32,000 nt of DNA from Pseudodesulfovibrio mercurii (GTDB taxonomy: Bacteria > Desulfobacterota > Desulfovibrionia > Desulfovibrionales > Desulfovibrionaceae): NCBI RefSeq assembly GCF_000189295.2, contig NC_016803.1, positions 1,890,001 through 1,922,000 on the forward strand, given 5' to 3'. The translations under genes were made by a program, and so were the position numbers. Of this stretch, positions 24,884 through 32,000 are shown one piece after another. The notes under the pieces are model-generated. The model had not been told where the DNA came from. It saw nothing but the letters and a program-made list of their open reading frames with translations, and did not search any database. Numbering within the stretch: the first letter of the stretch is position 1; each line of letters begins with the position of its first letter.

Positions 24884-25195
24884 TGGTAATGGGAATTTCC
24901 GCCGGGCAGGGGATAAGACCCCAGTCCTCCGGGCGTCGGAATGGTCTTGTAAGGCATTTGCACCCGCCTGTCCAATATATATGGGCCACGTTCGAAGACG
25001 AAAAATCGGGTCCGGGCTGGTCCGAATTCGGGTTCCGGCCGAAAACAAACCGTTTTTCCGGCGGCTTTGCCGAGCAATCGTCTATTTTCTGCGCCCCCCT
25101 TGTTGCAATGGCATTGAAGTGATACGTTTGCCCCAAACGTAAAATCCACGCCCGGCCGGAGGTCGCGCCGGGCGCATGCGTAAGGAGTCTTGGAC

Positions 25196-26350
25196 ATGTC
25201 TGCGAGCAAAGCGGTATTGGCCGACCTGCTGACCGAGGCCGGCGTGGCGGTGGACGGCGATCATCCCTGGGACATCAGGGTCTCGGACGAGCGCCTTTTT
25301 CACGATATCCTGCTCAGGAAGAACCTGGGGCTGGGCGAGGGGTACATGCGCGGCTGGTGGAACTGCGACCGCGTGGACGAGTTCATCTGCCGCGTGCTCA
25401 GGACGGGCGCGGAGAACCGGGTGCGCGACTCCTGGCGGCTGGTGGTTAAGGCCCTGCCCGCCCTGGTCTGCAACCTGCAGAGCCTGTCCCGCGCCAGGGT
25501 GGTGGCCAGGCGTCACTACGACCTGGGCAACGACCTGTTCCAGGCCTTCCTGGACCCCCACCTGCAATACAGCTGCGCCTACTACAAGGGCATGGACGGC
25601 AGCCCGGACAACCAGTCGGACGAGGCCGTGGCCCGTGACCTGGAAACGGCCCAGGAGGCCAAGATGCGCCTCATCTGCGACAAGCTGGACCTGCAGCCGG
25701 GGGACCGGGTCCTGGACATCGGCTGCGGCTGGGGCGGCCTGGCCCGGTTCATGGCCGAGGAGCGCGGCTGCTCCGTGGTGGGCGTGAACATCTCGAAACG
25801 GCAGATCGCCTTCGGGCGCGAGTTCTGCGCCGGGCTGCCCGTGGAGATACGCGAGCAGGACTACCGGCGGCTGAACGAGTCCTTCGACAAGATCGTCTCG
25901 GTGGGCATGTTCGAGCACGTGGGCCCCAAGAACTACGCCACCTTCATGCGCACCGTGGCCCGCTGCCTCAAGCCCGACGGCCTGTTCCTGCTGCACACCA
26001 TCGGCAGCAACACCAGCGGACCGGGTTTGGACCCGTGGATCGCCACCTACATCTTCCCCAACGGCTGCCTGCCGTCCATCGCCGAGGTCGCCAAGGCCAC
26101 GGAGAAACACTTCGTCATGGAGGACCTGCACAACTTCGGCCCCTACTACGACCGCACCCTGATGAGCTGGCTGCGCAACTTCCGCCGCGCCTGGCCCAGC
26201 CTGCGCGGCGCCTACGGCGACCGCTTCAAGCGCATGTGGGAATACTACCTCCAATCCTGCGCCGGGGCCTTCCGGGCGCGGGACATCCAGCTCTGGCAAT
26301 TCCTGTTCACGCCCATCGGCCGAAAGCAGCCGGAGTGCCGGTTCGGGTAG
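25196..26350 (+). CDS. cfa: Cyclopropane-fatty-acyl-phospholipid synthase family methyltransferase.
   Basis: AAGGAG lies 8 nt upstream of the ATG at 25196. It has the SAM motif VLDIGCGWGG and CFA-synthase-like sequence throughout. Confidence 0.85.
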   Translation: MSASKAVLADLLTEAGVAVDGDHPWDIRVSDERLFHDILLRKNLGLGEGYMRGWWNCDRVDEFICRVLRTGAENRVRDSWRLVVKALPALVCNLQSLSRARVVARRHYDLGNDLFQAFLDPHLQYSCAYYKGMDGSPDNQSDEAVARDLETAQEAKMRLICDKLDLQPGDRVLDIGCGWGGLARFMAEERGCSVVGVNISKRQIAFGREFCAGLPVEIREQDYRRLNESFDKIVSVGMFEHVGPKNYATFMRTVARCLKPDGLFLLHTIGSNTSGPGLDPWIATYIFPNGCLPSIAEVAKATEKHFVMEDLHNFGPYYDRTLMSWLRNFRRAWPSLRGAYGDRFKRMWEYYLQSCAGAFRARDIQLWQFLFTPIGRKQPECRFG

Positions 26351-26407
26351 GACCGCTTCACCCGGCAGGACGAGGCGGTGGACCAGTCGGCCCGGCTCCC
26401 CGCCCGC

Positions 26408-26431
26408 AAAAAAGCCGCCCGGAGGCGGCTT
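26408..26431 (-). terminator. Intrinsic terminator after the PocR-domain gene.
   Basis: AAGCCGCC-CGGA-GGCGGCTT. The A6 run reads as a U-tract on the minus strand. Confidence 0.55.
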
Positions 26432-26456
26432 GAGAAATGACGTCCGGCGGGCGGAG

Positions 26457-26945
26457 CTAGGGCAGGTATTGCTTCAGGCGCTCGGCGATGAAGGCCTGGA
26501 TCTCGGCCAGGCGGGCCTCGTCGGCGGGCTTGACGGTCTGGGCCTTGGCGGCGATGGCGTCCTCGGAAAGACCGCTCATCATGCCGATGGCGAACTCGTC
26601 CACCTCCTCGTCGGCCGGGACCAGGCCGCAGCCGCCCACGCCGCCGATGACCTCGCCGTCGACCACCACGGGCACGCCGACCCTGACCATGCCCGCGTCG
26701 CAGTATTCCACGAACGGCTCGCCCTCCTTGAGCAGCTGGGTGAACATCTGCCCGGCCGTGGCGCAGATGGCCGAAAAGCCCTTGTCGTCGTCGCGGATCG
26801 CCCGGCACAAATCGTTGCCCCAGGTGGAGCCGAAGAGCCGGTGGCCCTCCCCGTCCATGATGTCCGCGTTCAGGCCGAAGCGGTCGTGCAGGTCCTGCTG
26901 CAGCCTGACCAGTTCCTCTTCCGGTACGAGATCCTTGAGCGTCAT
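26457..26945 (-). CDS. Standalone PocR-type sensory domain protein.
   Basis: Only the last 162 aa of the 821-aa ORF look protein-like: MTLKDLVPEEELVRLQQDLHDRFGLNADIMDGEGHRL...CDAGMVRVGVPVVVDGEVIGGVGGCG. Confidence 0.65.
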   Translation of the reverse strand: MTLKDLVPEEELVRLQQDLHDRFGLNADIMDGEGHRLFGSTWGNDLCRAIRDDDKGFSAICATAGQMFTQLLKEGEPFVEYCDAGMVRVGVPVVVDGEVIGGVGGCGLVPADEEVDEFAIGMMSGLSEDAIAAKAQTVKPADEARLAEIQAFIAERLKQYLP

Positions 26946-27089
26946 GCGAAACTTCCCGTTAACGTTGTTCTGGCGTAAAATCCTACCTCGTTTACCGGGA
27001 ATCGCCGGGCTTCGCAAGGGACGCATGCGCCTCGGATTTTGGTTTCCAGTCCGGCCAAAACCCGCTAGAACATGGGGCGGAGAACGACC

Positions 27090-27965
27090 ATGACCAACAC
27101 GTTCAAGGACAAACTGCGCGGCATGACCTTCGGGGTGCCGTGGAATATCGCCCTGCTCACCCTGGGCTCCTTTCTCATCGCCTTCTCGGTCAAGGCCGTG
27201 GCCGTGCCCCATGGCCTGCTCACGGGCGGCATCTCCGGCATCTCGCTGCTGTGCTACTACGCCTTCGGCGGGCTGACCACGGGCCAGTGGTACTTCGCCC
27301 TGAACCTGCCCGTGTTCGTCCTCGGCTGGGTCTTCGTCAGCAAGCGGTTCTTCTTCTATTCCCTGTACGGCATGGTCGCCTCGTCCGTGTTCATAGACGC
27401 CATCCCCTACGCCCTGCACATGCAGGACATCTGGCTCGCGGTCATCACCGGCGGCGGGATCATGGGCGCGGGCGTGGGCATCGCCCTGCGCTCGCTCGGT
27501 TCCACCGGCGGGTCCGACATCCTGGCCGTGATCTGCAAGGAAAAGTTCAACATGTCCATGGGCTCCTTCGAGTTCTGGTTCAACATGCTCGGCTTCATCG
27601 GCGGCTTCGTCTACCTGGACATGAACATCGTCTTCTACTCCATCGCCATGACCTTCGTCATCGCCTTCGGCATCGAATACGTGCTCGGCCTGTTCTCCGA
27701 GCGCAAGATGGTCCTGATCGTCTCGGACCACCACGCCGCCATCAACGCGGCCATCCTGACCGACCTGGACCGGGGCGTGACCATCCTGGAGGGCACGGGC
27801 GGCTACACCGGCGAGCCGCGCAAGGTGATCATGACCATGATCTCGTCCATGCAGCTCAAGGAGCTTGAGGAGCTGGTCTACACCATCGACCCGGACGCCT
27901 TCTTCATCATGGGCTCGCGCTTCCACGTCCAGGGCCAGGGCTTCTCGTCGAGGAAGGTGTACTAG
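27090..27965 (+). CDS. YitT-family integral membrane protein (DUF161/DUF2179 architecture).
   Basis: GGAG lies 7 nt before the ATG at 27090, with an alternative ATG at 27072. It has multiple TM segments and a C-terminal DUF2179-like part (GVTILEGTGGYTGEPRKVIMTMIS). Confidence 0.7.
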   Translation: MTNTFKDKLRGMTFGVPWNIALLTLGSFLIAFSVKAVAVPHGLLTGGISGISLLCYYAFGGLTTGQWYFALNLPVFVLGWVFVSKRFFFYSLYGMVASSVFIDAIPYALHMQDIWLAVITGGGIMGAGVGIALRSLGSTGGSDILAVICKEKFNMSMGSFEFWFNMLGFIGGFVYLDMNIVFYSIAMTFVIAFGIEYVLGLFSERKMVLIVSDHHAAINAAILTDLDRGVTILEGTGGYTGEPRKVIMTMISSMQLKELEELVYTIDPDAFFIMGSRFHVQGQGFSSRKVY

Positions 27966-28790
27966 ATGATCTTCTCGTCCGAGAAAAAGGAGACCCGGCC
28001 GCCCCGGACCATCGGACTGATCACCGACTTCGGCCTGACCGACCCCTACGTGGGCCAGGTCAAGGCGGTCCTGGCGCGCAAGGCCCCCGGCTGTCCGGTG
28101 GTGGACATATCCCACGGCGTGGCCCCGTTCAACGTGGCCCAGGCCGGGTTCTTCCTGGCCGCCAGCTACGAGCATTTCCCCAAGGACGCCATCATCCTGG
28201 CCGTGGTCGATCCCGGCGTGGGCACGGACCGGCGCATCGCCTGCCTGGAGATCGGCAACCGGCTGCTCCTGGCCCCGGACAACGGCCTGCTCACCCTGGC
28301 CCTGAACCGCACCTGGTCCGAGGTCCGGGCCTATGACCTGACCAAGGCCATGGACGCGCCCAGAAAGGTCTCGCACACCTTCCACGGCCGCGACGTGTTC
28401 GCGCCCCTGGCCGCCTGGCTCGCCCTGGGCGGCAGGCCCGAGGGCGTGGGCGCGGAGCTGGACCCCGCCGACCTGGTCACCCAGACCTGGTCCCACCCCG
28501 TGATCGAGGCGGGCCGCGCCCTGGGCCACGTGGTCCACATCGACCGCTTCGGCAACTGCGTGCTCAACCTGGAGGCGGGCAGCCTGGGCACCCCGGCGGG
28601 TCTGCGCATGGAATCCCCGTCGGGCGGGCCCCTGGCCTATGCGGTCAAGTACGCGGACATGCCCGAGGGCGAGCCCGGCCTGCTCGAAGGCAGCCAGGGC
28701 TTCCTGGAACTGGCCGTGAACCAGCGGTCCGCCGCGAAACGATTCGGCCTGTCCATGGGCGACCCCGTGGAACTGGCCTGGGAGGCGTGA
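27966..28790 (+). CDS. SAM hydrolase / SAM hydroxide adenosyltransferase family protein (DUF62).
   Basis: IGLITDFGLTDPYVGQVKAV and VVDPGVGTDRR are typical of the family. The ATG directly follows the yitT stop. Confidence 0.7.
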   Translation: MIFSSEKKETRPPRTIGLITDFGLTDPYVGQVKAVLARKAPGCPVVDISHGVAPFNVAQAGFFLAASYEHFPKDAIILAVVDPGVGTDRRIACLEIGNRLLLAPDNGLLTLALNRTWSEVRAYDLTKAMDAPRKVSHTFHGRDVFAPLAAWLALGGRPEGVGAELDPADLVTQTWSHPVIEAGRALGHVVHIDRFGNCVLNLEAGSLGTPAGLRMESPSGGPLAYAVKYADMPEGEPGLLEGSQGFLELAVNQRSAAKRFGLSMGDPVELAWEA

Positions 28791-28791
28791 C

Positions 28792-29523
28792 ATGCCGCGC
28801 GACTTTTTCGATACCCTCGGCTTCCTGACCCGGCTGGCCCCGGCCCGGGTCATCCCGGACACGGCCATGAACCGGTGCATCCGCTGGATGCCCGTGGCCG
28901 GACTGGTCCTCGGCCTGGTCATCGCCCTGCCCCTGCGCCTGGGCCTGTTCGCCGACTCCCCCTGGATTCAGGCCTGGCTCCTGGTCGCGGCCTCCATCTA
29001 CCTGACGCGCGGCCTGCACATGGACGGCCTGGCCGACGTCTGCGACGCGGTGACCACCCATGCCGATCCCGCCCGGTTCTGGGAGGTGGTCAAGGACAGC
29101 CGCACCGGGGCCTTCGGGGCCATGGGCCTGGTCATGGCCCTGGCCGGGCAGGTCATCCTGTTCCACGCCATGCTCGCCAGGGGCCAGTACTGGGCCGCGG
29201 CCTGGGCCTTTGTCCTGGGCCGGGCCGCCGCGGTCTGGCTGGCCTACCACGTGCGCCATCTGGTCCGCCCCGGGCTGGGCAAGCTGTACATCGACGGGGC
29301 CACCCTGGGCGTGGCCCTCATCGCCACCCTGTTCACCTTCGCGGCCGGGTGGCTCATGGCCGGATTCGCCGCCACCCTGGCGTCCACGGTCATCGCCACC
29401 CTGCTGCTGCTGGGCCTGTACCGCCTGGCCGAGCGGGTCGGCGGGGCCAACGGCGACTTCCTGGGCTGCGCCGTGATCCTCGGCGAACTGGCCGCAGGAC
29501 TCGGCTTCGCCCTGGTCATGTGA
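28792..29523 (+). CDS. cobS: Adenosylcobinamide-GDP ribazoletransferase (cobalamin synthase).
   Basis: 243-aa membrane protein with GLHMDGLADVCDA. The start lies 1 nt after the upstream stop. Confidence 0.8.
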   Translation: MPRDFFDTLGFLTRLAPARVIPDTAMNRCIRWMPVAGLVLGLVIALPLRLGLFADSPWIQAWLLVAASIYLTRGLHMDGLADVCDAVTTHADPARFWEVVKDSRTGAFGAMGLVMALAGQVILFHAMLARGQYWAAAWAFVLGRAAAVWLAYHVRHLVRPGLGKLYIDGATLGVALIATLFTFAAGWLMAGFAATLASTVIATLLLLGLYRLAERVGGANGDFLGCAVILGELAAGLGFALVM

Positions 29524-29552
29524 CCCGTCCCCGCGCCCGTCGGACGCATCTT

Positions 29553-29558
29553 TATAAT
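29553..29558 (+). promoter_or_regulatory. Candidate -10 hexamer TATAAT within an AT-rich patch upstream of the EF-hand gene.
   Basis: A perfect TATAAT sits in the AT-rich stretch at 29551-29570, within an otherwise GC-rich region. I found no convincing -35 element. Confidence 0.25.
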
Positions 29559-29665
29559 TCTTAATATATCGAAGGCCGATTCCGGCCCGCGCCTTGCTGT
29601 TTCCCACGGTTGAGTTGCCATGGGCAATTCTTGCCACCCTCAACCTTCAACCAAAGGAGTACAGC

Positions 29666-30190
29666 ATGAGCATCTCGGCAGTGAGCGGTTCCAGCTCTTC
29701 CTTCGGGCTGGCGGAGATGATGCAGGTGCGGCGCAAGGAGCCGGACCCGGATGAAATGGCCGCGTCCATCGTGGAGAAGGACGATCAGGACGGCGACGGC
29801 TTCCTCAGCCTGGCCGAAACGCCCCTGGACGAGGACCGGTTCAACGAGATCGACGCCGACGGCGACGGGCTGATCTCGGCCGACGAACTGAGCGCCGACG
29901 CCCAGGAACACATGTCCGAAGCGCCGACCGGCATGGCGGGCATGGCCATGGGCGGTTCCGCCGGTTCGCAGTCGTCCTCCGGCTCCGGCTCCAGCGACGA
30001 GTCCTCGGACGAGGAGTACGACCAGTACGACCTCAACGAGGACGGCGTGGTCACCCTGGACGAGTTGATGCAGGCCCTGAACCAGGGCGACACCAGCGTG
30101 CAGGCCCTGTTCCAGAACATGGACGGCGGGTCCTCGGCCCTGATCCAGCGGCTGGCCAGCGAGGCCTACCAGGCCCAGATGGAGGCCTAG
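29666..30190 (+). CDS. Acidic EF-hand calcium-binding-motif protein with a Ser/Gly-rich linker.
   Basis: AAAGGAG lies 6 nt upstream of the ATG at 29666. It has three DxDxDG-type loops: DQDGDGFLSLAE, DADGDGLISADE and DLNEDGVVTLDE. Confidence 0.7.
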   Translation: MSISAVSGSSSSFGLAEMMQVRRKEPDPDEMAASIVEKDDQDGDGFLSLAETPLDEDRFNEIDADGDGLISADELSADAQEHMSEAPTGMAGMAMGGSAGSQSSSGSGSSDESSDEEYDQYDLNEDGVVTLDELMQALNQGDTSVQALFQNMDGGSSALIQRLASEAYQAQMEA

Positions 30191-30335
30191 CAAACGGCTA
30201 CGGACCGCCTGCACGGCCCGCCCGACACCATCTCCCTCAGGGAGGAGAGAGATGCGTGCCGGGGCCGATCTCTCCTTGGCAAGAATCCCCCTCCCCGATA
30301 GGATGCCATCGTAAACTGACATCCCGGAGGATTCC

Positions 30336-31343
30336 ATGCCGACCCGCCTTTCGTCCCCGACCACCCGACGCTTGCCCCTGGCCGCCCTGTTCCTGGCCCT
30401 GCTCCTCGTGCTGCCCGGCTGCGCGCCCAAGATCAAGATATTCGCCTCCCAGGCCACCGAGCCCCTCAAGGAATACGTGGTGGACGGCGAGGGACCGGGC
30501 AAGATCGCCCTCATTCACCTGCGCGGCTTCCTGTCCACCGAGCCCGCCCAGGGCATGCTCCGCTCCCAGCCCAGCGCGGTCCAGGAGCTGGTCAACAACC
30601 TCAAGCTGGCCGAGGCGGACGACCAGGTCGGGGCCGTGGTCGTGGCCATCGACTCGCCCGGCGGGACCACCACCGCCTCGGACGTGCTCTACCACGAGCT
30701 GACCGCCTTCAAGCAGCGCACCGGCAAGCCCGTGGTCGCGGCCATGTTCGACGTGGCCGCCTCGGGCGGATACTACGCGGCCCTGCCCGCCGACTGGATC
30801 GTGGCCCACCCCACGACCATCACCGGGTCCGTGGGCGTGGTCTTCATGCGGCCCAAGCTGAACGGGCTCATGGACAAGGTCGGCGTGGACGTGGAGGTCT
30901 CCAAGTCCGGCCGCGACAAGGACATGGGCTCGCCCTTCCGGCCCACCACCCCCGAGGAGGAGGCCCTGTTCCAGGGCATCATCGACGACATGGCCGCCCG
31001 GTTCTACGCCCTGGTCCAGGAGCACCGCCACCTGACCCCGGCGCACCTCGAAACGGTCAAGACCGCCCGCGTGTTCACCGCGAGCCAGGCCCTTTCCATC
31101 GGGCTCATCGACCAGATCGGCTACGTCCAGGACGCGTTCGCCAAGGCGCGCGACCTGGCCGGGCTCGACCCGGAGTGCAAGGTAGTCACCTATCGGCGGG
31201 ACATGTATCCCGACGACAACCCTTACAACACCTTGGACTCGGCGGAGCCGTACAAGCCGAGTCTGCTGGGGGTGGATGCGGGGTTTGTGCTGCCGCCCAG
31301 GGCGGGGTTCTGCTACGTCTGGGAGGGCGGGGTTACGAGGTAG
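30336..31343 (+). CDS. sppA: Signal peptide peptidase SppA, 36K type (S49 family), lipoprotein.
   Basis: It has the lipobox VLPGC and the motifs AIDSPGGTTTASD, ASGGYY and ITGSVGV. Confidence 0.85.
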   Translation: MPTRLSSPTTRRLPLAALFLALLLVLPGCAPKIKIFASQATEPLKEYVVDGEGPGKIALIHLRGFLSTEPAQGMLRSQPSAVQELVNNLKLAEADDQVGAVVVAIDSPGGTTTASDVLYHELTAFKQRTGKPVVAAMFDVAASGGYYAALPADWIVAHPTTITGSVGVVFMRPKLNGLMDKVGVDVEVSKSGRDKDMGSPFRPTTPEEEALFQGIIDDMAARFYALVQEHRHLTPAHLETVKTARVFTASQALSIGLIDQIGYVQDAFAKARDLAGLDPECKVVTYRRDMYPDDNPYNTLDSAEPYKPSLLGVDAGFVLPPRAGFCYVWEGGVTR

Positions 31344-31369
31344 GCGATTCGGCCTCGCCGCGACCTGAT

Positions 31370-31440
31370 GAGTGCGCCTGCGGCGCTGCCAGAGAGCGCG
31401 CCTGCGGCACTGCTTGAAGAGCGCGCCTGCGGCGCGAGAG
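31370..31440 (+). repeat. Three tandem ~24-nt repeats, each containing a GCGCC-TGC-GGCGC or GCGCC-TGC-GGCAC mini-hairpin.
   Basis: The three units are GAGTGCGCCTGCGGCGCTGCCAGA, GAGCGCGCCTGCGGCACTGCTTGAA and GAGCGCGCCTGCGGCGCGAGAG. Confidence 0.65.
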
Positions 31441-31804
31441 CCGGGAGGGAGCTGCGCTCCTCCCTCCGAGAGCCAGTGAGGCGGTTGCACCGCCACAGCT
31501 TCCATGCCCTCCCGGCGGGGTCCATTTTTTTGCTGGCCCAAAAAAATAGACGAAAAAAAGGGCCTTGCGGGGGGAGCGGCCGCCCGGGGAGGGGTCGCAA
31601 GAATCCGATCCGCTCGGGGCGGCTCCATCTGATCAAAAGTATAGAGCGTCTCCCGGAGCGGGATGGCCCCTTTTGGGTGAGACCGAACTTCGGTGGGACA
31701 AGAGCCGCCACCCCTTCGCGGTCGGCTTCTACGCGCCCCCTCCAGGGCTGGTTGGGAGATTGAGGTGCGGTGGGACGCGGGAGGGCGTGCGTTTTGGCGG
31801 GGCC

Positions 31805-31845
31805 GAGAGCCGCTGTCGAGTGCCGGGGGCACCCGAATCGCTCCA
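31805..31845 (+). repeat. Family C hairpin module (copy C3).
   Basis: GAGAGCCGCTGTCGAGTGCCGGGGGCACCCGAATCGCTCCA. Its 5' flank TTTGGCGG..GAGAGCC is shared with C2. Confidence 0.6.
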
Positions 31846-32000
31846 GTGGGCGCGAGTTGGGGGAGTGTGGGGTCGGAGATGCGGGCCGAGGGCGGAAGTT
31901 TGCGTTGGAAGAGCCCTGAAAGGGGGATGGGATGCGGTGAGCTTTCCTACTTCTCCCGCGACGCGCTTCATCTGAGTCTCAGTGTGCTGCCGCCAAGGCG

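Noticed and set aside
22346-24889. An 847-aa ORF on the plus strand.
   Set aside because: It is antisense to lepB and lepA, which have unmistakable conserved motifs. Its composition (very rich in G, D, V, A, L and H, with no recognisable domains) is typical of the open antisense frame of a high-GC gene.
24884-25195. Minus-strand ORFs of 92 and 112 aa in the lepA-cfa intergenic region, and a possible sigma-54 site near TGGCATTGAAG.
   Set aside because: The ORFs have no RBS or homology signal and overlap each other. The putative -12 element is missing at the required spacing.
26946-28922. The N-terminal 659 codons of the 821-aa minus-strand ORF.
   Set aside because: They are antisense to the yitT, DUF62 and cobS genes and have mirror-frame composition. 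Only the last 162 aa (the PocR-like domain) look like a real protein.
29615-29635. A sigma-54 promoter reading of TGGGCAATTCTTGCC.
   Set aside because: The spacing between GG and GC is 8 nt, whereas the -24/-12 consensus requires 10 nt. The sequence is better described as a TTGCC/GGCAA palindrome.
31370-31440. Tandem repeats as a possible CRISPR array.
   Set aside because: The units are directly adjacent with no spacers. There are only three, they are about 24 nt each, and no cas genes lie nearby.
1-32000. A search for tRNA (including tRNA-Sec near the selenoprotein gene), rRNA, transposase, integrase or defence-system genes.
   Set aside because: I could not identify any cloverleaf-compatible sequence with a T-arm GTTCGAATC-like motif, any rRNA-like segment, or any mobile or defence gene. 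The window looks like core chromosome with repeat-rich spacers.

Overview
This is a high-GC chromosomal segment, roughly 65% GC by eye. Its gene content looks like a sulfate-reducing Desulfovibrionales-type deltaproteobacterium; that taxonomic call is inference only. I support 25 protein-coding genes.

**Gene content, in order:**
- Two tandem HesB/IscA-like genes.
- A minus-strand operon running CBS/ACT protein, livG, AMP-dependent CoA ligase, livH, livM, substrate-binding lipoprotein, livF, PaaK-like ligase.
- A membrane GGDEF diguanylate cyclase.
- A cobD-cobQ fusion.
- A cytoplasmic molybdopterin oxidoreductase.
- A secreted alpha/beta hydrolase whose stop overlaps the start of mlaA/vacJ.
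- A LytTR response regulator followed by a LytS-like membrane domain that lacks its kinase.
- lepA-lepB, cfa and a standalone PocR domain.
- A tightly packed yitT, DUF62 SAM hydrolase and cobS operon.
- An acidic EF-hand protein and sppA.

I saw no rRNA, tRNA, CRISPR array, transposase, integrase or phage gene.

**Main finding:** the first gene is cut by the window edge and is reported in the ORF track only as a 67-aa fragment. It is open from the window start except for one in-frame TGA at 69-71. That TGA aligns exactly with Cys33 of the downstream paralog (895..1215). This is the signature of a selenocysteine/cysteine isoform pair. A small hairpin downstream of the UGA exists only in the Sec copy.

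**Second theme:** the intergenic space is packed with at least four families of structured repeats.
- Family A is a terminator-like hairpin element.
- Family B is a hairpin of about 120 nt with a conserved apical internal loop and fully compensated variable stems.
- Family C is a 40-nt hairpin module.
- Family D is a GC hairpin with conserved base and loop.

Several copies abut stop codons or sit inside the transporter operon.

The many long antisense ORFs in the track are high-GC artefacts.
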